Positions 1 to 9,069 of a stretch of 64,000 nt of DNA are shown here, one piece after another. Position numbers and translations under genes: made by a program. Source of the DNA: Nitrososphaerota archaeon (GTDB taxonomy: Archaea > Thermoproteota > EX4484-205 > JAAOZP01); assembly GCA_011605725.1 (NCBI GenBank), contig JAAOZP010000009.1, positions 32,001-96,000 on the forward strand, written 5' to 3'. Within the stretch, counting starts at the first letter, position 1. Every line of letters begins with the position of its first letter. The notes beneath the pieces were generated by a model, which worked only from the letters and a program-made list of their open reading frames with translations, was not told the origin of the DNA and did not search any database.

Positions 1-1679
1 AGACGGTAATACCGGCCGTTCCAAAGCTTTTCCTCAAAGGCTCTTCTCCCCTGGTCAAACCATACGCGGCAGTCTTTTGCAAAAGCCATGTCGCCAACTT
101 TTTTCGCCATGTCTTCCGCGATTTTGAGAGTGGCAAGCCAGATTCCTGCTACGTATGCTGATGTGCCATGCCAGGGCCATATGTCGTAGAACTGGTTAGC
201 AGGCCAGTCTTCGCCTTGAGGAGCATGGGGATGCTCGTTGACGAGGCCATCAGCATCCGTGTCCAAACCTTTTGCAAAGTAGATAGCATCCTTAACTGAA
301 GGGAAGAATCTTCGCAGAAAAGCCTCGTCACCGGTTCGACAGTAATATCGGTAAACCGTCTGCACGTATTCGGACGAGTTGAGCGGATGCTGACAATAAT
401 AATGGGGTCTTGTAAAACCGATGGGTTTACCGAAGGAGAATGGGATTTCCCCTGTTTTTAATTGGTAGTGTGCAAAGCCGTTTAGGGTTGTCAACTCTAA
501 TTCAGGAAAGAAGAATAATATTGGGAAATGGCCGTGGAACCGGCAGACGATGGTTTCAGTTATAGGGCAACCGGTAAAGCTTTCACTATGGGTGAAAAAG
601 CCCATTGGACCCCACCAATCATCCGGTCTATCACTGTAAATCCATATAGTGTTCTTTGCAAGACTGTAGAGACTGTTGATTAAGGCGTCCTTAAGCCATA
701 ATGGCAGCTCAGACCGGTAGATAACTTCTTGCCATGCAAGGCTACGTCGAAGCATGTCATCAGAGTTCGCAGCGACGAAACGTGCCACGTCAGCGGGACT
801 TTTGAATCTTGTTAAGTACCGGTGTTCATGGGGCATACCGTCACTGTCGCGGAAGTAGGGATAAAACCAGGCTAAGACGAAGTTCACATTCGTCTCAGCT
901 CCAGGCATGATTTTGAAATCAAGTGCTAGGGTTGCACCTGGATGCGTGGCGGAGGCTCTCTGCATCTCCCTGTTAAGGCTTGTCCAAGGAGCTGCTTCTG
1001 TTCCGAGCGCTGCTCCATGTTTAACAGCTGTCCTTGGATGAATAACGCCGATAGCATAGCCTACTTCTTTTCCATGTTTAACTTCAACACCAGCCAGATT
1101 ATCCTCCTTATCTGTTAATTCAATTCTGGTAAACGTTTCGCCTTCATGCGGTGTTGGACCAGGAAAGATTAACGCTAAGCAGCCGGATAAAGGCTTCTCT
1201 CCCGTGTTCGTCAACCATGTCTTGAAGACTATTGCCGGCGTGTTAGACGTTTCAACGTCTCCCGGCACAAAAGGAGTGAAGGCGCGGAGACTAACTTCCA
1301 ACGGCAGGTCGAGGACGTATTGTAAATCTGCAAAAGGATAATGCCCCCAGTAGCATATGTCGGAAACACCTTTTAAACCTTCAGGCGGCTTTAGTGTCAA
1401 GACGCGGATCTCCGAATCCAAGACAAGTGCTAAAAATGGTGAGTTCAACTCGCGGGGTTTTGGCCAAGTGTTAAAAATCGTGCATTTTCCTAAGGTTCCG
1501 TCCGTGTTAAGACTAATGTATCCGGTTCCTAATCCACCCAGTGGCATACCCTCTACAGCTCTGCCTCCTCGGTAAACAACTCCAGCGACTGAATGGGTGA
1601 AACCGTCTGCAGAAAATTCCATGAACCGGCATTCCGGCAGTTCCTTTGGGAATAATAGTTTTCCACGCATTTCTTTCAT
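1..1679 (-). CDS. GH116-family glycoside hydrolase (GBA2-like beta-glucosidase/xylosidase), runs off window start
   Basis: Not in ORF track (no stop in window). Manual translation: MKEMRGKLLFP...GMPLGGLGTG...YWGHYPFADL...AFTPFVPGD...LDTDADGL...NQFYDIW...SAYVAGIWLATL...LWNGRYY. Confidence 0.85.
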   Translation of the reverse strand, partial: MKEMRGKLLFPKELPECRFMEFSADGFTHSVAGVVYRGGRAVEGMPLGGLGTGYISLNTDGTLGKCTIFNTWPKPRELNSPFLALVLDSEIRVLTLKPPEGLKGVSDICYWGHYPFADLQYVLDLPLEVSLRAFTPFVPGDVETSNTPAIVFKTWLTNTGEKPLSGCLALIFPGPTPHEGETFTRIELTDKEDNLAGVEVKHGKEVGYAIGVIHPRTAVKHGAALGTEAAPWTSLNREMQRASATHPGATLALDFKIMPGAETNVNFVLAWFYPYFRDSDGMPHEHRYLTRFKSPADVARFVAANSDDMLRRSLAWQEVIYRSELPLWLKDALINSLYSLAKNTIWIYSDRPDDWWGPMGFFTHSESFTGCPITETIVCRFHGHFPILFFFPELELTTLNGFAHYQLKTGEIPFSFGKPIGFTRPHYYCQHPLNSSEYVQTVYRYYCRTGDEAFLRRFFPSVKDAIYFAKGLDTDADGLVNEHPHAPQGEDWPANQFYDIWPWHGTSAYVAGIWLATLKIAEDMAKKVGDMAFAKDCRVWFDQGRRAFEEKLWNGRYYR

Positions 1680-2235
1680 AACCTCTTCCTCCTAAACTGT
1701 TTACTAATCAAATGGAGACTGGCTTCTTTAAACTTTGCTGAAGCCCTTTGAACGTGTGTTAATGAAGTATTCATAATGCTAAATTGGTAAAATAATTTAA
1801 TAATTAAACATTTAGCTGAGAGGAGGGTTAATTCACACGCCTCTTCTTCACAGCTACGCGTAGCCAAGTCTCTGGATGGAAAGATGTATGGTATGTTACT
1901 GGCGTGTTAAAGCCAATGCTGCTTTGAATCGGATAGTCAACCCCGTATGTCGATCATAAGTGTTAACTATTTTCAACAGTAGCACAACCCGCCGGATTCT
2001 TCCATCCTAATGTTTAAGCTTTTTAGAGAATTGGCTTTGACGAGAAGCAGACCTCAGGCGCCTGCAGACTATTTCAAAACAGCATACGGCTCTGCTGGGG
2101 AAATCCAGGCTTTGAAACACGTACCGCATTAGCTGGTCTCTATAACCGTAAGTGGAGACAGATAAAAAGCGTCTCTGGACTTCAGACAGCGTGCGAGAAG
2201 GAAGTTCCTCACAATGATTTATTTTTCCAGAGAGG

Positions 2236-2320
2236 TGCGGAGGGTGGGATTTGAACCCACGAACCCCTTCGGGACGAGGTCCTAAGCCTCGCGCGATTGA
2301 CCAGGCTACGCGACCTCCGC
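2236..2320 (-). tRNA. tRNA-Leu(TAG)
   Basis: Acceptor GCGGAGG/CCTCCGC+A, anticodon arm CGAGG-CTTAGGA-CCTCG, long variable arm, GGTTCAAATCC. Confidence 0.97.
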
Positions 2321-2400
2321 TGGTTAGATTTCCATCAGGCTTCCGGATATAAGTGTTTTTCAGCAAGTTTTTAATTCCAGTAGGCTGTATCTTAGACGGG

Positions 2401-3435
2401 ATGAGAAGCATATTCTTCAGGAATGGGGTGGTTTACGCGCTTGATTCCTCTAAACTGCCTTACAGAGAGAGTTGGCTTAGGCTTACGAATGCCCGTCAAG
2501 TGGCTTCTGCAATAAGGAAAATGCAGATCAGGGGAGCTCCGTTAATCGGGGTTGCTGCAGCCTACGGCCTTGCCTTAGAGGCTCTAAGATACAGGGGGAG
2601 TGATGTTGAAAAACTGAGAAACAGGGTATTGAAAGCCTCGGAGGAGCTTAGGCTCGCTAGGCCTACTGGAAGGAATCTGGGCTGGGCGATAGACAGGTGT
2701 CTTCAAGCAGTGAGGGAAGAAGAAACAGTAAGCGGTTTAAGAAGAAGACTTCTCGAGGAGGCTAATAGTATTGCTGACGAGGATGTTGAGACCAACCTTA
2801 AGATCGCCAGGAATGGTTTGGAATTGGTTAGGGATGGTGACAGGATTCTTACGCATTGCAACACAGGTGGCCTAGGTACTGTAGAGTATGGTACTGCTCT
2901 TGGAATAATAAGGCTAGCGTGGGAAAAGGGAAGAAGGATTTCAGTACTGGCTACTGAAACCAGGCCGTTGCTCCAGGGTGCGAGGCTTACTGCTTGGGAG
3001 CTTAAGAAATACGGGGTTCCTTTTAAACTGATATGTGACTCCATGGCTGGATACGTTATGTCTAGAGGCATGGTTGACAAGGTTCTCGTTGGTGCGGACA
3101 GGATTCTTGTAACAGGCCATGTTGCGAACAAGATTGGGACCCTTACACTAGCGGTTCTGGCGAAGCACTACAACGTGCCTTTTTACGTTGCAGCACCATT
3201 ATCAACTTTCGACCTTACGACTAAGCCTGAGGATATTCCTATTGAGGAAAGAGACTCTGTGGAAGTCACTCATTTTCTCAGCAGGCTTATCACTGTTGAA
3301 GGAGTTGAAGTCATTAACCCCGCGTTCGACATCACGCCTCCTGAACTAATCTCAGGGATAGTTACTGAGAAGGGAGTGATCCAGCCTCCTTATGAAACCA
3401 ATATTCCTAAAGCCTTCTCGGAGAAGGGTCGCTAG
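2401..3435 (+). CDS. mtnA: S-methyl-5-thioribose-1-phosphate isomerase
   Basis: MQIRGAPLIG, ARPT, THCNTG, ETRPLLQGARLTAWEL, GADRI, ANKIGT, NPAFDITP. Confidence 0.92.
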   Translation: MRSIFFRNGVVYALDSSKLPYRESWLRLTNARQVASAIRKMQIRGAPLIGVAAAYGLALEALRYRGSDVEKLRNRVLKASEELRLARPTGRNLGWAIDRCLQAVREEETVSGLRRRLLEEANSIADEDVETNLKIARNGLELVRDGDRILTHCNTGGLGTVEYGTALGIIRLAWEKGRRISVLATETRPLLQGARLTAWELKKYGVPFKLICDSMAGYVMSRGMVDKVLVGADRILVTGHVANKIGTLTLAVLAKHYNVPFYVAAPLSTFDLTTKPEDIPIEERDSVEVTHFLSRLITVEGVEVINPAFDITPPELISGIVTEKGVIQPPYETNIPKAFSEKGR

Positions 3436-3440
3436 CCTCC

Positions 3441-4988
3441 CTATGCTTGTTCCGCGAGAAGCTGGAAAAGGGGCTTGAGGTGACGGTAAAGAGAAACGTA
3501 GAGGCGGTATTGTTTATCGTAGAGTTTTGAAGCCCAAGGATCCGGGTTTGAAGAATCACCATACTTAACTGTCTCAGCACACGCCTGATTCAGATCCATC
3601 CATAGGCCGCAGGCAATCCCAGCCAGTAGGCAGGAGCCGAAGCAAACATCGTTCGGCTGGGCAGCGCTCACAACGGTTTCTGAGAGAACACTGGCCAGTA
3701 TTTCTCTCCAGAGGCTGCTTCCTGAGCCTCCTCCTCTGAAAACCAGTTTTTCAGGCTTTAACCCGAGGCCTGTTAAAACCTCTTTACAATCCCTGAACGC
3801 GAACGCCACGCCTTCTAAGACAGCCCTAACCATGTGAGTCTTATCATGCGCCAGGTTTAAACCGAAGAAGACGCCTCTTGCAGCAGGGTCGTTGTGAGGA
3901 GTCCTTTCTCCTATCAAGTACGGGAGGAAAACAAGTCCTTCCGAACCCGGGGGCGGCTTAGCAGCCTCCAGGGTTAAAAGATCGTACGCATCTATCCCGC
4001 AGATTTCTGAGAGAAGTTTCTCCTCTTTCCCAAGAGCATCTCTAAACCATCTTAGGGATAAGCCTGCTGAGAGCGTTGAGCCTTGAACAACCCACATGTC
4101 TGGAGCAGCATGGCAGAAAGTATTCGTCCGACCCATCTTGTCCACCACTGGTCTAGCCGTTGGGCTTAGAACCTGGCCTCCAGTACCTATGTTCACCGAC
4201 CAGACTCCTTCACGCACTACGCCGCAGCCGAGCGCCCCAACCATAGAGTCTCCGCCGCCTGTTGCCACAATCGTTCCAGGCCTTAAGCCCAATGTCTCCG
4301 CCGCCTGTCTACTAAGTTCCCCAGCAGCCTCATGCGAACCCTTAATCTCTGGAAGAGCGTCCAGCTCTATGCCTACGATTGACGCTATTTCCTGAGACCA
4401 TTGTCTTCTACGTATGTCGAGAAGCAGTGATCCTGAAGCATCGCTGAAATCAGTGCAGACAACATCAGTCAGCCTCATCCTAATGTAATCCTTTGGAAAT
4501 AGAAGTGTTTTCACAGCCTCCGCGATCCTCGGCTCATTCTGCCTAACCCATAGGAAGCTTACAGCGGCGAAGCCCGTGGACGCCCTGTTTCCAGTTATCT
4601 CTATCAATGCTTCTGCTCCAAGCTCATTCTCAATCTGAATGCGTTGGCTCCTAGTTCTATTGTCAGACCATATTATCGCGGGTCTCAAAACTTCTCCGTA
4701 ACTGTCTAGAAGAACCATTCCATGCATCTGGCCGGAGACACAGATGCTTGAAACAGAGTCCCCGTTGAACCCAGTTCTACTGAGAAGCTCGTGAACAGCC
4801 TCCTTTACGCTATGCCACCATACAGCAGGATCCTGCTCGCACCATCCTGGATGAGGAGACTTAATCGGATATGGCCTACTGGCGTTCAAAACTACTGAAC
4901 CATTGCTGTCGACAAGCATAGCCTTAACGCTTGACGTTCCAAGATCAAGCCCGAGCACAAGAGGAGGCTCCACGCGCCCCATCATCAT
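3441..4988 (-). CDS. xylB: Xylulokinase (FGGY kinase)
   Basis: GLDLGTSSVK, SGQMHG, AIIWSDNR, TDFSDASGS, FLPYLIGERTP. Confidence 0.85.
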   Translation of the reverse strand: MMMGRVEPPLVLGLDLGTSSVKAMLVDSNGSVVLNASRPYPIKSPHPGWCEQDPAVWWHSVKEAVHELLSRTGFNGDSVSSICVSGQMHGMVLLDSYGEVLRPAIIWSDNRTRSQRIQIENELGAEALIEITGNRASTGFAAVSFLWVRQNEPRIAEAVKTLLFPKDYIRMRLTDVVCTDFSDASGSLLLDIRRRQWSQEIASIVGIELDALPEIKGSHEAAGELSRQAAETLGLRPGTIVATGGGDSMVGALGCGVVREGVWSVNIGTGGQVLSPTARPVVDKMGRTNTFCHAAPDMWVVQGSTLSAGLSLRWFRDALGKEEKLLSEICGIDAYDLLTLEAAKPPPGSEGLVFLPYLIGERTPHNDPAARGVFFGLNLAHDKTHMVRAVLEGVAFAFRDCKEVLTGLGLKPEKLVFRGGGSGSSLWREILASVLSETVVSAAQPNDVCFGSCLLAGIACGLWMDLNQACAETVKYGDSSNPDPWASKLYDKQYRLYVSLYRHLKPLFQLLAEQA

Positions 4989-5225
4989 TATTTATGACAT
5001 ACTAATCTTATATAAAGTTAGCAACGTCAAAACTCTGAGGGTAAGGATGCTTCATGCGTCGACTGAGGAGAGCCCCGTGCTCTTCTAAGGGCTGATGGTT
5101 GCAGCGGGAACCCGGTCTGGCAAAACCAGATGAAGAGAAGCAAGTCGACTAGCTGCAAACCTAAAACACCGAGTTAATCATAAAATAATGATTCTTCCAC
5201 AGGTAATTAGAAAAACGGCGATGAA

Positions 5226-5299
5226 TGGGCCGAGCCGGACTCGAACCGGCAGCCTCCTGCGCGTCAGGCAGGTGTCCTAGCCATTTAGACGATCGGCCC
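5226..5299 (-). tRNA. tRNA-Val(GAC)
   Basis: Acceptor GGGCCGA/TCGGCCC+A, anticodon arm CCTGC-CTGACGC-GCAGG, GGTTCGAGTCC. Confidence 0.96.
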
Positions 5300-5801
5300 T
5301 ATATCCTAATCCTGTTATTAACAGGAGAGTCATGTTTTAAAGTTTTCCCGTGGGAAGCCCGGGATTTTGAAAGCCCACCGGCAAATTTGAGCTCAATCAA
5401 CCGTATCGAACCGCTATTTTAAGATCCCTCTAGTGTAATCGCTTGAAACTTGGAAGTGTTAGCGCGTTACAACGTGTTGAGAGGGTTAGGCGTGTCTTAA
5501 ATGGGATAATAAGGATGAGAATAACTTTCAACACGTTTATCTAATGGGGAATCTCAATAAGCAGCCAGCTGCGACTTTGAAACAGGGAGCATCATTCATA
5601 ATTAAACCCGCTCTGAGGCTCCCGTATTGTCCAAATTAACTTAAGGATAGGCCTCCACCGGTGCCGACTCCATTAGGGAGAAGCAGGTGTGAGAGTGAAA
5701 CTCATAGTGCGCTTGAATACGGGCGTGCACTAATAGTAAGCGGCCTGAGAGTTCCTACACGGTTTTTCTGGGAAAAGTTTTCAATCCTAAGCTTTTTGCT
5801 G

Positions 5802-6104
5802 CTACTCGAAGAGCGCGCCTAGTCCAGCCATTTCCTCAGCCGGCTTCTTCTCCTCCTTCTTCTCCTCCTTCTTCTCAGCCGGTGCCTGCTGGGCTGCTGG
5901 CGTAGCTGGGGCTACTGGACCTATTGCCAGCGGAGTTGATAATACTTCATCAATATTCACTTTCGAGAGCGAGGAAACCAGTACTTTTATCCTGGCTTCA
6001 TCAGGCTCTATGCCTGCTGCCCTCATTATGGCTTTTATCCTTTCCTCTGTAATCTCCTGCTTTGCGGAATGCAGGAGCAGTGCCGCATGGATGTATTCAG
6101 ACAT
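5802..6104 (-). CDS. rpl12: Ribosomal stalk protein P1 (aL12)
   Basis: [10 protein letters not shown]...[11 protein letters not shown]. Confidence 0.95.
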   Translation of the reverse strand: MSEYIHAALLLHSAKQEITEERIKAIMRAAGIEPDEARIKVLVSSLSKVNIDEVLSTPLAIGPVAPATPAAQQAPAEKKEEKKEEKKPAEEMAGLGALFE

Positions 6105-6248
6105 CAGCATCCACCTCAGAATTTTCTGAGCATTCTTACGCAGGGTGTTTTTAAGCTTTTATCCGCTCTTTCAACATACCTTTAAACCTGCTTAAACGTT
6201 CTTTAGAAGACAAGCTCCTTAGTGATACCGTGTCATGGGCTTCTGAGC

Positions 6249-7097
6249 CTAGGCTTTTTCAAGAACTGATTCAAGCCGGCTTGCCTCTGCTCTCGCTGTC
6301 TGCAGCATTATTCTAACCGTGTTTTCATCATAGTACTGTGCTTTAAGGCTTAGTGTAACGGCCTTGGAAAAGGCTTCTCTAAGCATTATTCTAAGAGATT
6401 CAGGCGTCGGGAAGAACGTTGCAACAGACAGTTTTAAAGCGTTTTCAACACTCTTTGAGAATCCATTCGCAATGTCCTCAAAAGTTATTGAGAGAACTTC
6501 CTCACTATATACTATGCCATCGTGAATCGCGGCGTATGATTTTATGAATGCTTCAACAGGCCTTATGTTAAGCTTCGAGAGGACGGAGGCCAGTTGAGGC
6601 GTAACCACGTCCCCCGGCTTCGCTACGACAGTGTCTTTCGTTACCCATATGCTTCCGGTTTCAATCCTCGTCGGTAGGCCTACCTCGTTGAGAGAAGAGA
6701 TCACTGGGCCAGCTGGAAGACCGGTGTTTCCAGCGGGAACAACTATCTCCCTGTCAACAACATCCCCAGCGTTAAGAGGCAGTCTTATCGAATATTTCTT
6801 AAGCTCCTGTTGTAGCTCATACGGATTCACGTTTGAAACAATCAGCATTACTGAACCCTTGGAAGCATACTTCTTTAAGAACTCTCTTAACGCTTGCGAA
6901 CTTGTTTTCTCAGCAGCCTTCTGTAGAAGCGTCGTCTTAACATGTTTCAGAATAGCTTTCCCCCTTAGTCTTCTCCTAGCCTCGTTTATCGTTATGGATT
7001 TAACCCTGAAAGTGTTGACAAGCATAACCGTCTTGCTCGACTCTATCAGGCGGAGAATCTCGTCTACTACTCTTGCCTTGAGAACCTGCTGGCTCAA
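6249..7097 (-). CDS. rpl10: Ribosomal protein uL10 (P0)
   Basis: VPAGNTGLPAGP, GLPTRIETGSI, LSKLNIRP; operon position. Confidence 0.93.
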   Translation of the reverse strand: MSQQVLKARVVDEILRLIESSKTVMLVNTFRVKSITINEARRRLRGKAILKHVKTTLLQKAAEKTSSQALREFLKKYASKGSVMLIVSNVNPYELQQELKKYSIRLPLNAGDVVDREIVVPAGNTGLPAGPVISSLNEVGLPTRIETGSIWVTKDTVVAKPGDVVTPQLASVLSKLNIRPVEAFIKSYAAIHDGIVYSEEVLSITFEDIANGFSKSVENALKLSVATFFPTPESLRIMLREAFSKAVTLSLKAQYYDENTVRIMLQTARAEASRLESVLEKA

Positions 7098-7771
7098 GCC
7101 TTAGCCTCCCTCGATGCTTTAACGATCCTACCCATGGTTGTCTTAAACCCTACGTATCTTATTGATGCTGAACGCGGGAGTCTTCTTTCAACCACCGATA
7201 AGACTGCACTAGCGTTCTCCAGAAGCTGTTGAACAGTCATTTCCTCATGCCCTATTTTACATGAGACGGCGAGGCTGGATTTAAGCACAAGCCTCACGCT
7301 TCTCCTAAGCCTTTCAACAATCGGTGTTATCGACGAGGCTGGCGGAACCGGTGTTGGCATCTTGTTCTTAGGTCCGAGGAACTGGCCGAGCACCCTGCCG
7401 ACCAGAGGCATGAGCGGTGCTTCAGCTATGAAGAAATCGTAGGATTGCGCAATCTTCCTGCAGTTCTTCTTCTTACCGGCCATGCTGCTTAAAGAGTCTC
7501 TCGAAAGAACGTCCAGCCCAAGGCTTTTTGCTTCAATAGTCAAGGAGCCGTCTGTGAAGACGCATATTTTAGGCTGCGATTTATAAGGGCTGTGTGGAAG
7601 TTCCACGAGCTCTGTAAACCTTTGATCCGGCTTAGACAGGTCCACGCCGGCTAGGCACACGACTATTTCAACACTCTGCCGAAACTTCCTGGGCCTATTG
7701 TTCTCTGGTGAAAGAGCTTTTCTTAAAGCGTTTTCCAGCGAACTCTTGCTGACCGAGAGCGCTACCGACAT
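7094..7771 (-). CDS. rpl1: Ribosomal protein uL1
   Basis: RKFRQSVE, YDFFIAEAPLM, LGPKNKMP, KTTMG. Confidence 0.95.
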   Translation of the reverse strand: MSVALSVSKSSLENALRKALSPENNRPRKFRQSVEIVVCLAGVDLSKPDQRFTELVELPHSPYKSQPKICVFTDGSLTIEAKSLGLDVLSRDSLSSMAGKKKNCRKIAQSYDFFIAEAPLMPLVGRVLGQFLGPKNKMPTPVPPASSITPIVERLRRSVRLVLKSSLAVSCKIGHEEMTVQQLLENASAVLSVVERRLPRSASIRYVGFKTTMGRIVKASREAKA

Positions 7772-7772
7772 T

Positions 7773-8264
7773 CTACGCACCCTCCCTGCTTAAAACCTCA
7801 TCGTACTCTCCTTTTTCAAGCATGCTGATAACTTCCTTCGGAGGCTTAGAGTCAACAGTTACACCCATGCTTTGACAAGTCCCCAAAACCTCCTTCACAA
7901 CCCCCTTAAGCGTCTTAGAATAGGTATCGTTCATCTTCATCTTAGCTATTTTAACGACTGCTTGGAAACTCAGGTTTCCCTTAGCCTCCTTGCCGGGTGC
8001 TCCAGACCCTTTGTCTATCCCAGCCTCCTTAGCTATCAGAGCTGAGGTTGTGGGGGTTTTAAGAGTTACCGTGAACTGCTTCGTATCGGTGTCAACCTCA
8101 ATCTCAACCGGGACCTTCATCCCCTTAAAATCCTTAGTGGCTTCGTTTATCTTAGCCACTACTGCCCCAACGTTAACACCTAAAGGGCCTATGGCTGGGC
8201 CTAGGGGTGGTCCCGGCGAAGCATTACCGCCCTCCACTATTAGGCTGAGAGTCTTCTTAGCCAG
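7773..8264 (-). CDS. rpl11: Ribosomal protein uL11 (probable CTG start at 8264; TTG at 8282 alternative)
   Basis: VEGGNASPGPPLGPAIGPLG, GTCQSMGVTV. Confidence 0.95.
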   Translation of the reverse strand: MAKKTLSLIVEGGNASPGPPLGPAIGPLGVNVGAVVAKINEATKDFKGMKVPVEIEVDTDTKQFTVTLKTPTTSALIAKEAGIDKGSGAPGKEAKGNLSFQAVVKIAKMKMNDTYSKTLKGVVKEVLGTCQSMGVTVDSKPPKEVISMLEKGEYDEVLSREGA

Positions 8265-8344
8265 TTTTACACACCTTTTCAACGTGAGGCCTCTTGCAAG
8301 CCTTAAAAATATTTCTTAAGCAATCCAGGCCCTTAGGAATGGGT

Positions 8345-8833
8345 TTAAAGCTTAGCCTGGCCTTCTTCAACAACCCTTACGCTGTCCATTTTAAGCGTTA
8401 TTGGAAACGGGGCCACTGCACCGTCAAGCTCCACTGTAACCTCGTTCCTCTCAGGATTGACTTCTAAAACCCTTGCGCGGTTCTTTTTAAGCAGGCCTCC
8501 GACTATTTCAACAATATCTCCAACTTTAATCTCGGTGGCGACTGGTTTCTCCTCAAAATACTTTCTAAGATCGTTAATGCTTAAACTGCCCTGAACCCTT
8601 CTTTTAACATGCTTAATATCCCTTATCGCCTCCTCAACCGGAAAGGGGGAGTCGGCCTCGATGTAAATATAGCCCTTTAAACCAGGCAGCACTATTACGG
8701 AGTGAATCGGAAGACCCTCAGCTTCACACCTGTTCTTGATCATGAGGGCTGAAGACATTTCTTGGCCTATGGAGGTCCTCACGAGGAAAAACTTCGGCTC
8801 AGCAGTCTTATCCCTGCTCATCCTGTTCAGCAA
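8345..8833 (-). CDS. spt5: Transcription elongation factor Spt5 (NusG)
   Basis: VRTSIGQE, LKGYIYIEA, KOW motif VGDIVEIVGG. Confidence 0.93.
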   Translation of the reverse strand: MLNRMSRDKTAEPKFFLVRTSIGQEMSSALMIKNRCEAEGLPIHSVIVLPGLKGYIYIEADSPFPVEEAIRDIKHVKRRVQGSLSINDLRKYFEEKPVATEIKVGDIVEIVGGLLKKNRARVLEVNPERNEVTVELDGAVAPFPITLKMDSVRVVEEGQAKL

Positions 8834-8837
8834 CCCC

Positions 8838-9023
8838 TTATCTGAGTTTCACACCCGTTAGCTGAAGGAGTGAGGCAACAATGTGTACAACGAAAGCCAT
8901 TCCCCCGACTACGAGGATTCCGATTAAGAAGATCTTTAGTGATAGCTTCAGCTCTGACCCGTCGGGTTTCTCGCTGAGCTTCAACACTCTAATTATGGTT
9001 CTAACCCTGTCTGTAAGACCCAT
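8838..9023 (-). CDS. secE: Protein translocase SecE/Sec61-gamma
   Basis: RVLKLSEKPDGSE followed by one TM helix; lies between ftsY and spt5. Confidence 0.88.
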   Translation of the reverse strand: MGLTDRVRTIIRVLKLSEKPDGSELKLSLKIFLIGILVVGGMAFVVHIVASLLQLTGVKLR

Positions 9024-9069
9024 ACCCGGTTTCCAACTGGAAAACAGGAATATATTCTTTTCCCCCGGA

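Noticed and set aside
2007-2411. 134-aa ORF (and the 5225-5422 ORF)
   Set aside because: These overlap tRNA genes and are translation artefacts
5065-5142. TPP riboswitch-like pattern (GGAGAGCCC...GGGCTGA...GAACC..TCTGG..CCAG..GAGAA)
   Set aside because: The essential UGAGA and ACCC/CCUGAU cores are not conserved and no + strand gene follows
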